Under the pieces are notes generated by a model. It was not told the DNA's origin, did not search any database, and was given only the letters and a program-made list of their open reading frames with translations. DNA of 64,000 nucleotides from Candidatus Latescibacterota bacterium. GTDB taxonomy: Bacteria > Latescibacterota > UBA2968 > GCA-2709665. Of the stretch, positions 29,570-39,263 are shown in pieces (the first letter of the stretch is position 1; each line of letters starts with the position of its first letter). The translations under genes were made by a program, and so were the position numbers. Location of the stretch: contig OZ220733.1 in the NCBI GenBank assembly GCA_965116875.1, positions 3,104,001-3,168,000 of the forward strand. Direction: 5' to 3'.

Positions 29570-31855
29570 GTGGCAGCATCCTCCCTTCCGCCGGAATCCA
29601 ACAGGGTCACCTTCGCCCGGAGTCTGGGCTGCTTCGACGCTTCGATGATCGGCATCGGCGCGATGATCGGCGCGGGGATCTTCGTGCTGACCGGGATCGC
29701 GGCCGGCGAGGCAGGCCCCGCGTCGATCCTGGCATTTGCGCTGAACGGCCTGGTCACCCTGATCACGGCGTTCTGTTACGCCGAACTCGCCTCGGCGATT
29801 CCCGAGGCCGGCGGCGGCTATTCGTTCGTCAAGAAGGCGTTTCCCGGTCCGGTTGGGTTCCTGTCGGGATGGATGCTCTGGTTCGCCTATACGGTGGCAT
29901 GCAGTCTCTACGCGCTCGGCTTTGCGGGCTACTTCTGGGAATTCTTCCACAAATATCTGCCTGACGTCAGCCGTACCATTCAGGCGACGACCGGCATTCA
30001 GCCTTCGGTTGCGCTGGTGACGGTGATCGTCAGCTGCGTCTTCGTATGGCTGAACGTCCGCGGCACGGAGGTCACGGGCAAGGCGGAGAACGTGATCACC
30101 ATCTCCAAGATTGTCGTGCTCCTGGTTTTCGTCTGGTTCGGGCTGATGCACATCTTCGCGGCGCCCGCACAGGCGGCGAAGAGCTTCTCCCCGTTCTTTC
30201 CGAAGGGTCTCGGGGGCGTTCTGGTGGCCATGGGGTTGACGTTCATCGCCTTCGAAGGGTACGATCTGATTGCAACGGTCGCCGAAGAAATCAAACAACC
30301 CGAGATCAATATTCCAAAGGCCACGTTCATTTCCCTGGGCGTGACCGTGGTTGTCTATCTTCTGATCGTCTTTGTCTCTCTGGGCGCGGTCCAGCCGGAG
30401 GCCACCACGTCGTGGGAGTTCCTGGGTCAATATCAGGAGACTGCGATTGTGAAGGCGGCAGACAGTTTCATGCCTGCGTTCGGTGTGGCAACCATCGTTT
30501 TCGGCGGGCTTCTGTCCACCATGTCCGCGCTGAACGCCACCGTGCTGGCTTCCAGCCGCGTGGCCTTTTCCATGGGCAGGGACCGGTGGCTGCCGCCGGG
30601 AATGGCCCTGATTCACTCCCAGAGGCGGACCCCGCACGTCGCGATTCTCGTTACGGGTGCGATCCTGACGGGCATCGCGTTGCTTCTTCCCATCCACGTG
30701 GTCGGCTCGGCGGCCAGCCTGATGTTCCTGCTTACGTTTACGCTCGTGAACCTGTCGCTGCTTGTCCTGCGGCGCCGGGCGCCGGAAATCGAGCGCAGGT
30801 ACAGAGTGCCGCTGTTCCCCTGGCTCCCGCTGCTTGGCGCGGCGTCGAATATGCTCCTGGCGATCTACCAGTTTCGTTTCGATCCAATGGCCTGGTACGT
30901 CGCCCTGGGATGGATCGTGGCGGGGTTTTTCGCGTATACCATCCACTTCCGGAAGGAATCGGGTGAGGCCGAGCCCCACGTGCTGGACGCCCTTCCCCTT
31001 GAGACCTCCCGCGCGCCGTACGGGGTCCTGGTACCCGTGGCCAATCCGGGTACGATCGAGTCGCTGCTGGATATCTCGATACCCATCGTGAAAGCGAGGA
31101 ACGGCGACCTGATTGTCAATACCACCGTCGAGGTGCCGATTCAGCTGCCCATCCAGGAAGGCATGAAGTACATCAACCACCGGATGCCCCTCCTGCGTAC
31201 GGCCCAGGCCCACGCGCAGAAACAGAATCTGCGCACGGTATCGGACATCCGTGTGGCCCACCGCGTGGACGAAGGTATTCTCTCGGCGGTCTCGGATGAG
31301 CACGCGGACCTGCTTGTGATCGGATGGAAGGGTTTTACGACCACGCGCGAACGGATTTTCGGCGAGGTGCTGGACAGGGTGGTGAACCGGGCAACTGCGG
31401 ACGTGATGGTGGTCAAGCTGCAGGAACGTGCCAGGTTCGATCGCATCCTGCTCCCCACGGCCGGGGGACCCCATACGCGGTTCGCCGTTGCGTTGCTCGA
31501 GCCGATTGTGGCGGCCTACGGCTCTCGTGTGACGGCCTGCTACGTGATACCGGAAGATGCGGACGAGGAGCGGGAAAAGGAAGCCATGCGGTGGATGCGG
31601 CAGACGCTGCGGAACGCAGACCTCGGTGAGGTGGAATGCCGCGCGATCCGTTCCCGGTCCGTGCCGGCGGGCATTGCCAGGGCAGGCGCAGATTTCGATC
31701 TGATCGTGATGGGCGCGGCCAATACGGGCCTGTTCCAGCAGCTTCTGTTCGGGGAGGTGCCGGACCGCGTGGGACGCTACGCCAAGACGTCGGTGATGCT
31801 CGTCAAACAGCGGGAAGGCCGCGGGAAGGCGTGGCTGCGGCGGCTGATGAGTTGA
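29570..31855 (+). CDS. APC-family amino acid/polyamine permease fused to two universal stress protein domains
   Basis: GAMIGAGIF, YAELASAIPEAGGGY, AFEGYD; C-terminal VLVPVANP and ILLPTAGGP USP motifs. Confidence 0.9.
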   Translation: MAASSLPPESNRVTFARSLGCFDASMIGIGAMIGAGIFVLTGIAAGEAGPASILAFALNGLVTLITAFCYAELASAIPEAGGGYSFVKKAFPGPVGFLSGWMLWFAYTVACSLYALGFAGYFWEFFHKYLPDVSRTIQATTGIQPSVALVTVIVSCVFVWLNVRGTEVTGKAENVITISKIVVLLVFVWFGLMHIFAAPAQAAKSFSPFFPKGLGGVLVAMGLTFIAFEGYDLIATVAEEIKQPEINIPKATFISLGVTVVVYLLIVFVSLGAVQPEATTSWEFLGQYQETAIVKAADSFMPAFGVATIVFGGLLSTMSALNATVLASSRVAFSMGRDRWLPPGMALIHSQRRTPHVAILVTGAILTGIALLLPIHVVGSAASLMFLLTFTLVNLSLLVLRRRAPEIERRYRVPLFPWLPLLGAASNMLLAIYQFRFDPMAWYVALGWIVAGFFAYTIHFRKESGEAEPHVLDALPLETSRAPYGVLVPVANPGTIESLLDISIPIVKARNGDLIVNTTVEVPIQLPIQEGMKYINHRMPLLRTAQAHAQKQNLRTVSDIRVAHRVDEGILSAVSDEHADLLVIGWKGFTTTRERIFGEVLDRVVNRATADVMVVKLQERARFDRILLPTAGGPHTRFAVALLEPIVAAYGSRVTACYVIPEDADEEREKEAMRWMRQTLRNADLGEVECRAIRSRSVPAGIARAGADFDLIVMGAANTGLFQQLLFGEVPDRVGRYAKTSVMLVKQREGRGKAWLRRLMS

Positions 31856-31898
31856 GCCGAAGTACCGAAATTGGTTTATTCGATCACGAGGAGATGGC

Positions 31899-33173
31899 AT
31901 GTTGAACGGAGGCGCGATCACGCTGGACATCACACCGCCGCTGGGCACGCTGATTCCAGGGCTGTTTCACGAACGCAGGGCGGAGGGCGTCCACGATCCG
32001 CTGAACGTCCGCAGCTTCGTACTGGAGCAAGACGGTAAGGGAATCGCGATTGCCGTCTGCGATCTCGTCGGGGTGTCGCGTACGTACCTGGACCGTGCAA
32101 AGGCGCGTATCGCCGAGACCACGGAACTGGCGCCTGAACGGGTGCTGATCTGCTGCACCCATACCCACTCAGGCGCGCAGACGGGAGATGACGCCTATAC
32201 GGCATTCCTCGTGGAACGGATCGCGGATTCCGTGCGCCTGGCCTGGGACGGCCGCGAAGCGGCGGCGGCGGGCTGGGGATGCGCGAAAGAAGGCCGGCCG
32301 GTATTCAACCGGCGTTTTCATATGGCGGACGGGACGGTGCGGACCAACCCCGGCATCGGCAATTCCGACGTGGTGAGGGCCGCCGGGCCCGTCGATCCTG
32401 ACGTGGGCCTGCTCTGCATTCAGAAGCCGGATGGCGCGCCCGCGGGACTGTTGTGCAACTACGCATTGCACTACGTGGGCGGCGGCGACCACGAGCGGGA
32501 GATTTCCGCGGACTATTTCGGCTATTTTTCCGGTCTCATCCAGAGAATGCGAGGCGTCCGGTTTACGGCTGCACTTTCGAACGGCGCGTCGGGCGACATC
32601 AACAACCACGACGTGATTGGAGGAAGCCGATACGCGAACGACAGGCACCAGCACTCTGAGCGGGTCGCCGGGTTGGTGGCGGCCCAGGCCCTCTGGGCGT
32701 GGAACGGGATGGACTTTTCCAGCGACCTGCCCGTGGATGCTGAAGTGGTCGAAGTGGCGCTGCAGCGCAAGGCCGGCGCTTCACAGACCGACGTCGACCG
32801 GGCGCGGGAAATCGATGAACAAGGACGAGGGACAATGGCGGACCGGGCGTTCGCCCGTCGCATTCTGCGCCGGATGGAGGAAGTTCCCGAGGAAGCGCGC
32901 ACCTGGGTGCAGGCGTTGCGGATTGGCGACCTGGGCCTGGTAGGCGTTCCGGGAGAACTGCTGGTCAGACTCGGGCTGGAAATCAAGGAACGGTCTCCGT
33001 TCGGGCAGACGATGGTGCTGGCGCTGGCGAACGACAGTGTGGGATATCTGCCGGATGAGCAGGCATACCGGGAAGGCGGCTACGAACCCGAAGCGGCCCT
33101 GTACATGCCGGGATCCGGCGAGAAGATCGTGGAAGCGGCCGTTGAATTGCTGGAGAGGCTGTACCGAGCGTAG
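31899..33173 (+). CDS. Neutral/alkaline ceramidase-like amidohydrolase
   Basis: DITPP, HDPL, THTHSG, NRR, GPVDP, NYALH, SADY, NGASGDIN, PGE motifs. Confidence 0.82.
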   Translation: MLNGGAITLDITPPLGTLIPGLFHERRAEGVHDPLNVRSFVLEQDGKGIAIAVCDLVGVSRTYLDRAKARIAETTELAPERVLICCTHTHSGAQTGDDAYTAFLVERIADSVRLAWDGREAAAAGWGCAKEGRPVFNRRFHMADGTVRTNPGIGNSDVVRAAGPVDPDVGLLCIQKPDGAPAGLLCNYALHYVGGGDHEREISADYFGYFSGLIQRMRGVRFTAALSNGASGDINNHDVIGGSRYANDRHQHSERVAGLVAAQALWAWNGMDFSSDLPVDAEVVEVALQRKAGASQTDVDRAREIDEQGRGTMADRAFARRILRRMEEVPEEARTWVQALRIGDLGLVGVPGELLVRLGLEIKERSPFGQTMVLALANDSVGYLPDEQAYREGGYEPEAALYMPGSGEKIVEAAVELLERLYRA

Positions 33174-33219
33174 ACCCGTGACACGATGGGGGTATTGAGA
33201 CAGCTTTCAAGGAGGAACG

Positions 33220-34263
33220 ATGTCGGACAAGATTCGAATTGGAATCATCGGCGCCGGAGGCATTTTTCGGAGCCGTCACTTCCCCGGGCTGGCGAAGATC
33301 GGGGATGCGGAGGTGGTTGCCATCTGCAACCGGAGCGAGGCGAGCGCGGGCGCGATCGCGCGTGAATTCGGCCTGTCGCCCAGACTGATGACGGATCCGC
33401 ACGCGTTGATTTCAAGCGAGGACGTGGACGCCGTGATGATCGGCACATGGCCGTACCGCCACTGCGAATACGTGCTGGCCTCGCTGGACGCCGGAAAGCA
33501 CGTATTCGTGCAGGCGCGAATGGCGATGAACCTGCGCGAGGCAAAGGCGATGTACGCCAGGGCGCGGGAGACGGGGATGGTCACGCAGATCTGCCCGTCG
33601 CCGATGGCAATGAAGGGCGACTGGTTCATCCAGCGGCTCATCCGCGAGGGATACCTGGGAGATATCTACCATGTCTATACCCGTTCGTTCAGCGGGGACA
33701 ACTGCGATCCGGATCAGCCGCTGCACTGGCGGCAGATCGACCGGTATTCCGGTTTGAACGCGCTGAACATGGGCATCCTGGTGGAAATCGTGCAACGCTG
33801 GGCCGGCCAGATGAAGACGATATCCGCACACGCGGAGACGTTCACCAGGACGCGGCCGTTGTCGGACGGCCATGGGAAGGGACCCGTGGAGCGCCCCGAT
33901 TCGGTGCATATCACGGGACAGATGGAGAACGGCGCGCAGGCCGCGTTTCTGTTTTCCTCCGTGGCGCGCTTCGGCACCGACCCGCAGGTGGAGCTCTACG
34001 GTAGCGAGGGAACCCTGATCTACAAGCTGGACAGCGATACCATTCTGGGCGGGACGGCCGGAGACGGCGGGCTGTCCGAAATGCCCATTCCGGACGACGA
34101 GGCGCGAGAGTGGACCGTGGAGCAGGATTTCGTGAGCGCGATCCAGGGCGGACCTCCCGGAGATACCACCTTCGAAGCCGGCCTGAAGTACATGGCGTTT
34201 ACCGAGGCGGTCTTCCGATCCGTGGAACGGGGAAGCGTGGTGCACCTTCCCCTGGTGGACTGA
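33220..34263 (+). CDS. Gfo/Idh/MocA oxidoreductase
   Basis: IGIIGAGG Rossmann motif; AGKHVFVQARMA in place of the usual EKP motif. Confidence 0.9.
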   Translation: MSDKIRIGIIGAGGIFRSRHFPGLAKIGDAEVVAICNRSEASAGAIAREFGLSPRLMTDPHALISSEDVDAVMIGTWPYRHCEYVLASLDAGKHVFVQARMAMNLREAKAMYARARETGMVTQICPSPMAMKGDWFIQRLIREGYLGDIYHVYTRSFSGDNCDPDQPLHWRQIDRYSGLNALNMGILVEIVQRWAGQMKTISAHAETFTRTRPLSDGHGKGPVERPDSVHITGQMENGAQAAFLFSSVARFGTDPQVELYGSEGTLIYKLDSDTILGGTAGDGGLSEMPIPDDEAREWTVEQDFVSAIQGGPPGDTTFEAGLKYMAFTEAVFRSVERGSVVHLPLVD

Positions 34264-34289
34264 ACGCATGATCCGAAAGGACCGTTGTC

Positions 34290-35306
34290 GTGGCAGCTGA
34301 ATATCGAATTGCGGTGGTCGGTACAGGGTATATCGGCCTGGAGCATATCCGGGCGATTGCGGCGCATCCGCGGGCGAGGCTGCGCACGATCTGCGGGTCC
34401 GCGCGCAGCGAGGATCGATTGGGGGAGTTGAAGGCAGAGTACGGCGCCGAACGCGTGACCGCGGACTACGGAGAGATCGTTGCGGACGAGGCGGTGGACG
34501 TGGTCTATCTCTGCACGCCCAACCGGCTGCACGCCGACGAGGCCGTTGCCGCGCTGGAGGCAGGAAAGGACGTGTTCTGCGAAAAGCCGATGGCGACCAC
34601 GCTGCAGGACTGCCGGCGCATGGTTGCCTCGGTCGAAGGCTCGGGCCGGCAGCTGATGGTGGGCCACGGCGCGCGTTTCAGGCAGTTGCACCGGGCCGTC
34701 AAGGACCTGTTCGACTCGGGCAAACTCGGCGAAGCCTGTTTTTGCGAGTCGGACTACGTCCATTCGCTGGGGCCGTTTCTCACCGGTCCCGGTCACCAGT
34801 GGTGGCGGCATCCGGACGAGGGTCAGTTCGCGGTGACAGGCGGGGCGTGTCACCCGCTGGACCTGATGCGCTGGATCGTGGGGGAAATGGAGGAAGTGTC
34901 GGCCTATGGCGTTACGAAGGTTCTTCACGACGTGGACTGGGACGATACGGTGATCGCCTCGCTGAAGTTCAGGAACGGCGCGGTGGGAAAGTGCCTGGTG
35001 TCCGTGGGCGCGCCGCGGCCCTATTCGATGACGTTCAATCTCTATGGCACGGAGGGTACGGTAGAGGAGAACCGGCTCTATTTAAGGGAGTTTGGAGACA
35101 TCGAGGAATTCGCGGAGATCCCGTTTCCGGTACTCGGCGAGGTGCACGCCTGCGCCGAGGAACTGTCGCATTTCCTTCACTGCCTGGATACGGGGGAAAC
35201 GCCGATGATCGACGTAAAGGACGGCGCCCGGACGATGGCGGCGTGTTTCGCGGTCGCGGAGTCGATTGAAACCGGCAGGCCCGCCAGGGTGGTGACGGAA
35301 TTTTGA
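34290..35306 (+). CDS. Gfo/Idh/MocA oxidoreductase
   Basis: IAVVGTGYIG; AGKDVFCEKPMA; CHPLD. Confidence 0.92.
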   Translation: MAAEYRIAVVGTGYIGLEHIRAIAAHPRARLRTICGSARSEDRLGELKAEYGAERVTADYGEIVADEAVDVVYLCTPNRLHADEAVAALEAGKDVFCEKPMATTLQDCRRMVASVEGSGRQLMVGHGARFRQLHRAVKDLFDSGKLGEACFCESDYVHSLGPFLTGPGHQWWRHPDEGQFAVTGGACHPLDLMRWIVGEMEEVSAYGVTKVLHDVDWDDTVIASLKFRNGAVGKCLVSVGAPRPYSMTFNLYGTEGTVEENRLYLREFGDIEEFAEIPFPVLGEVHACAEELSHFLHCLDTGETPMIDVKDGARTMAACFAVAESIETGRPARVVTEF

Positions 35307-35333
35307 AAGAGAGTCTCAATGTGTCATTGAAGG

Positions 35334-36194
35334 GTGTCAAGGATGGGTGACGTGCGGCTCGTGGCGTTCGATCTGGATGGTACCCTGCTGGACGACAGGG
35401 GCCGGATGTCAAACGCGTCCGTCGAGGCGCTTCGGCGGCTTGCGCGAGCCGGAGTCGCGATGGCGTCGATCAGCGGTCGAAACGTGGGGAAGAACCTGGC
35501 GCCGTTTCCCCGGGATCTCCGGCCGGTATTGAATGTTGGAAGCTATAATGGCGCGATGGTGCTGGGAGCCGGCGCGGATAACGAGCGGACTTTGTTGCAC
35601 GAACAAAGATTGCCGGCGGATGGATTTCCCGATCTTGTCGATTTTATCGGCGATAGTGGGGTGAACTTCATCCACTGCCGGTGCGAGGCCGAAGCGTCCG
35701 GCCTGAACGAAGCCTATCTAACGGACAGAGAGACCGGGTGGATCCGAAATCTCGTGCGGATGACCGGCGTGAATATCGTGCTGGAGCCGGATCTGTTGTC
35801 CATGGCGCGGGATCTGGTTCCCCCGCCGAAGATGATCCTGCTGCCCGGTCCCGGGCGACGGGAAGATTTGTTCGAGAGGATGCGTGCGGCGTTCGGGCGG
35901 CGGTTCTATCTCGCCCGCACGGGTGACGACCGGATCGAGATCATGCATCCGGAGGTGAACAAGGCGGTGGCATTGCGGGAAATCTGCGATGCGTGCGGCG
36001 TTTCCCTTTCCCAGTCGCTTGCGATTGGAGACGGGGACAACGACCTTCCGATGCTCACGGCGGCGGGAACCGGCGTGCTGATGGGAAACGCGGACAGCCT
36101 GACCAGGGACGCAGCCGCCGGGGCGGGGGTGCGGACCTGCGAGCCGCTGGAGGATGACGGGTTCTCGAAGACCGTGGCGAGTGTTCTGTCCTGA
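35334..36194 (+). CDS. Cof-type HAD-IIB hydrolase
   Basis: FDLDGTLL, SGR, NKAVAL, GDGDNDLPML. Start may be 35343. Confidence 0.9.
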   Translation: MSRMGDVRLVAFDLDGTLLDDRGRMSNASVEALRRLARAGVAMASISGRNVGKNLAPFPRDLRPVLNVGSYNGAMVLGAGADNERTLLHEQRLPADGFPDLVDFIGDSGVNFIHCRCEAEASGLNEAYLTDRETGWIRNLVRMTGVNIVLEPDLLSMARDLVPPPKMILLPGPGRREDLFERMRAAFGRRFYLARTGDDRIEIMHPEVNKAVALREICDACGVSLSQSLAIGDGDNDLPMLTAAGTGVLMGNADSLTRDAAAGAGVRTCEPLEDDGFSKTVASVLS

Positions 36195-36236
36195 AAACAG
36201 GTTGCCGAATGATGACCTGTTTCCAGGTCGGGACAC
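36181..36236. repeat. 56-nt long hairpin, copy A
   Basis: GTGTTCTGTCCTGAAAACAG-GTTGCCGAATGATGAC-CTGTTTCCAGGTCGGGACAC; homologous hairpin at 38000-38055. Confidence 0.7.
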
Positions 36237-36262
36237 CGTGTTCGTGCCCAACGGTAAGCGTC

Positions 36263-37030
36263 TTACCCCGATCGGTTTTCGGAGTCACCGTCGATCCGCG
36301 CGCGAAGGTCTTCGCTGCTGGACAGGATGTGCTCCTCCATGGCCAGCCGTGCGGCTTCCGCATCGCGTTTCCGGATGGCGCGCAGGATTTTCCCGTGCTC
36401 TTCCAACGACATCCGGGCACGTACCTCCGCGGTATGTGTTGCGGGTTCCTCCAGGCTGGCCCGGATCCATTCCTGAAGGTAGTTGCGAATCATCACAAGC
36501 AGGTTGCGAAGGATCGAATTCTGGGTCGCCCGGGCTATAGCCAGATGGAACTGAACGTCGAATTCCAGGAATTCGCCGGACTCATCCAGCGATGCTTCGA
36601 TTCCCTGGATTGTCCGGTCGAGCTCCCGGATGTCGGCTTCCGTGGCGCGGTCCGCGGCCAGGAATGCATTCCGGGATTCCAGCATAAGCCGCGTTTCCAC
36701 CAGATCCGTGACTTCCTTCGGATCCAGCAGCAGACCCCAACTCAGGGATTTCTCCAGGTATCGGCCGGTGTTGTCGCTGACGAACGTACCCTCGCCGACC
36801 CGGGGTTCCAGGATGCCCATTACGGCAAGCGTGCGGAGGGCTTCCCTGAGGGAGGTCCGGCCGACGTCGAACTGTTTGCACAGGCTTCGTTCCGGCGGCA
36901 GCCGATCGCCCGGTTTCAGCACGTCCCGGGAGATCAGGTCGATAATCTGCCCGACGATTTCGTCGCTGAGCGACGTGCGCCTGACCGGTGTCATCTGCTC
37001 AATGGCTGGGGTCTTCGGTTTTCGAGTCAC
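36263..37030 (-). CDS. GntR/FadR-family transcriptional regulator
   Basis: LKPGDRLPPERSLCKQFDVGRTSLREAL winged helix; FCD motifs DVQFH, ATQN, EEH. Confidence 0.93.
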   Translation of the reverse strand: MTRKPKTPAIEQMTPVRRTSLSDEIVGQIIDLISRDVLKPGDRLPPERSLCKQFDVGRTSLREALRTLAVMGILEPRVGEGTFVSDNTGRYLEKSLSWGLLLDPKEVTDLVETRLMLESRNAFLAADRATEADIRELDRTIQGIEASLDESGEFLEFDVQFHLAIARATQNSILRNLLVMIRNYLQEWIRASLEEPATHTAEVRARMSLEEHGKILRAIRKRDAEAARLAMEEHILSSSEDLRARIDGDSENRSG

Positions 37031-37135
37031 GATGTCGTAGACCTTTCTTCCGGATGCGCGGCGTCAACCGTTCGTTTCGCCTGAAAGATTTCGCTTTACA
37101 ATGATTCCCTTTTGGGTTAATCTTATGTTTGAAAT

Positions 37136-37146
37136 TGGTCTGACCA
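37136..37146. promoter_or_regulatory. FadR-subfamily operator
   Basis: Palindrome TGGTC-T-GACCA matching TnGTnnnACnA, in the divergent gap between gntR and the methyltransferase operon. Confidence 0.75.
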
Positions 37147-37215
37147 TCATCATAACAGGCAAAGAACGGACGGGATTCCCCGCTGTCAAGGGAAAATTCG
37201 CCGGAGGATGGCACG

Positions 37216-37845
37216 ATGGGTCGAACCGTGGATATCGGTATACGCATCGAACTGGTGCCCATGGATCCGCATTTTCATGATATCACGATCGGTCTCTACC
37301 GGCAGGAACACGATGGGGCTTCCGTGTATCGCGTGCATACCTACAGCGGCAGAGCAGGGGCCGAACAGCGGATCGCATTCGTTACCAATGCGATGGCGGT
37401 GCTGGGCGGAATGGCGCAGACACCCGACGGGCTGCTGCGATTTCCGTGCGGAGAGGCCCACGTACCGGCCTGCCGGCGAGTCTTTCTCGAGGCGAGCAAG
37501 CTGGCTTCCGGCGGCGAACTGAAAGCACGTCCACTGACGATTGTCGACAGGAAGTCCGGATTGAACGTCACGGTCTCCCGTGCGGACAGCGGCGAGTACC
37601 GCGTCGAGGCCGAAGGGGAGGGAAAGGACGGCGTGCGGAGGATTTCGGCAATTGCGGGCGGGCTGGCCAAGCTCGGAGAAATGCAGTCCGGAAGCCCGGA
37701 TACGGTCGTATTTTCGTGCGGGCGCCACCACGACGCTGTCGTAGGACTGCTTCTGGTTCGGGCTCCGAACGTACGGGCGGCGGTTCGCGAACAGGAGACG
37801 TCGGGCGCCCGAGGCGTTCTGGCTGCCCCAAGCCAGCAGCGGTAG
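37216..37845 (+). CDS. Hypothetical protein, first gene of the methyltransferase operon
   Basis: GGAGG RBS; 209 aa; FPCGEAH and FSCGRHH suggest an internal duplication. Confidence 0.7.
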   Translation: MGRTVDIGIRIELVPMDPHFHDITIGLYRQEHDGASVYRVHTYSGRAGAEQRIAFVTNAMAVLGGMAQTPDGLLRFPCGEAHVPACRRVFLEASKLASGGELKARPLTIVDRKSGLNVTVSRADSGEYRVEAEGEGKDGVRRISAIAGGLAKLGEMQSGSPDTVVFSCGRHHDAVVGLLLVRAPNVRAAVREQETSGARGVLAAPSQQR

Positions 37846-37874
37846 CGGCGGCGCGCCGTCTAAACGGACTCAAG

Positions 37875-38092
37875 CAGCCCGTTGAAAAAGTCCATCCGGG
37901 CTACGGCCGGCCCTTGCGGTCGAAAACCTGCGTTGCGCTCCCTCGCCGAATCGCAGGATGGGACTCGGTCGCGCGCCTTGTCTTCGGCCACAATGGCAAG
38001 TGTTCCGCCCCGGAAATAGATTGCCGAATGGTGACATATTTCCGGGACGGAACACCAAGCCTCGCCTGCAGAGCGACTTTCTCAACGGACTG
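37875..38092. mobile_element. MITE-like element, long copy (218 bp)
   Basis: 18-bp terminal inverted repeats CAGCCCGTTGAAAAAGTC / GACTTTCTCAACGGACTG; first 30 bp almost identical to 39161-39190; contains hairpin copy B. Confidence 0.75.
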
Positions 38093-38110
38093 TCAGACAG
38101 GAGTATTGGT

Positions 38111-39160
38111 ATGATGGAAACTCAAACAGTGGGTCCGATGACCGGGCGCGAGCGTGTTCTGGCGGCGCTGAACAGGGAGCCGGTGGACCGGACGCCCGTG
38201 TGCAATCCTACGTCGGTGGCGACGGTGGAACTGATGGATCTGGTGGATGCGCCCTTTCCGCAGGCGAACCGCGACCCGGAACTGATGGCCCGCCTTGCCG
38301 CCACGGGGTATACGGAGTTGGGGTTCGATTCCATCATGCCGGTATTCACGATAATCCAGGAGTCGTCCGCATTGGGCTGCAAGATCCAGTGGGAGCAGAA
38401 AGACAACTGGCCCACCGTGAGGATGCGCGAGCCCATCTGGGAAGACGAGGACGACATTCAGATTCCACGGGACCTGCTCACGCACCAGGATACGAAGTGC
38501 GTGCTGGACGCGATCCGGATTCTGAAAAAAGAGTACGGAGATGACGTGGCCGTCATCGGCAAGACTATGGGCCCATGGTCGCTGGGATACCACTGCTTCG
38601 GCGTGGAGCCCTTTCTGCTCATGTCTCTGGACGACCCGGACAAGACAAAGGCATGCCTGGACAGGATGAAGGAAGTGACGGTGGACTTCGGGGTGGCGCA
38701 GATCGAGGCGGGCGCGGACGCGCTCACGCTGCCCGATCACGCGACGGGCGACCTGGTGAGCGGGGAATACTACAAGCGGTATCTGCGTGACCTGCATATC
38801 GAGTTCGTGGAGCGGATCCCGATTCCGCTGATTCTGCACATCTGCGGGCGGACCGTCGATCGCATGGAATACATCGCGCAGACGGGGATGTCCGCATTCC
38901 ACTACGACTCGAAGAACGAGCCGGGCGAGTCCATGGCGGCGGTGAAAGAACGGATCTCGCTGGTGGGCAACATCAACAATCCGGAAACGCTGTTTTCAAA
39001 GGGGCCGGAGGCAGTCCGTGAAGAGGTCTTCAGGAACCTGGACGCAGGCGTGCATCTCGTGGGTCCGGAGTGCGCCATTCCATTGCAGACGTCAATCGAA
39101 AACCTGAAGGAGATTCACGGTGCGGTCCGGGACTGGCACCGGGAGACGCCGGCGGGATAA
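38111..39160 (+). CDS. MtaA/CmuA-family corrinoid methyltransferase (UroD fold)
   Basis: MTGRERVLAAL..EPVDR.PV, GPWSL, QIEAGAD; zinc motif LHICG plus GPEC. Confidence 0.88.
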   Translation: MMETQTVGPMTGRERVLAALNREPVDRTPVCNPTSVATVELMDLVDAPFPQANRDPELMARLAATGYTELGFDSIMPVFTIIQESSALGCKIQWEQKDNWPTVRMREPIWEDEDDIQIPRDLLTHQDTKCVLDAIRILKKEYGDDVAVIGKTMGPWSLGYHCFGVEPFLLMSLDDPDKTKACLDRMKEVTVDFGVAQIEAGADALTLPDHATGDLVSGEYYKRYLRDLHIEFVERIPIPLILHICGRTVDRMEYIAQTGMSAFHYDSKNEPGESMAAVKERISLVGNINNPETLFSKGPEAVREEVFRNLDAGVHLVGPECAIPLQTSIENLKEIHGAVRDWHRETPAG

Positions 39161-39244
39161 CAGTCCGTTGAAAAAGTCCATCCGGGCTACCTGCCTGCCA
39201 GGACTTCACTGGCAGGCATGCAGAACGACTTTATCAACGGACTG
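39161..39244. mobile_element. MITE-like element, short copy (84 bp) with 4-bp target duplication
   Basis: TIRs CAGTCCGTTGAAAAAGTC / GACTTTATCAACGGACTG flanked on both sides by ATAA (39157-39160, 39245-39248). Confidence 0.82.
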
Positions 39245-39263
39245 ATAAGGGGGCAGGTGAGAA

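Noticed and set aside
28571-31948. 1125-aa minus-strand ORF, and similar long antisense ORFs (4948..6579, 41931..43643, 46782..49553, 62256..63863)
   Set aside because: They shadow well-supported genes on the opposite strand, are Arg/Pro/His-rich without motifs, and are expected in high-GC DNA.
36192-36236. TGA followed by a hairpin as a selenocysteine insertion signal
   Set aside because: The HAD domain is already complete and two more in-frame TGA codons follow within seven codons.
37030-37216. Cobalamin or SAM riboswitch ahead of the methyltransferase operon
   Set aside because: The gap is short and no conserved riboswitch core was recognised; the GntR operator explains the region. A covariance search was not run.
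37958-38110. N-terminal extensions in the ORF track (also 7884..8006, 27327..27464, 40144..40323, 44505..44660, 52510..52773)
   Set aside because: They run through repeats or upstream genes; downstream starts have an RBS or match the family N-terminus.
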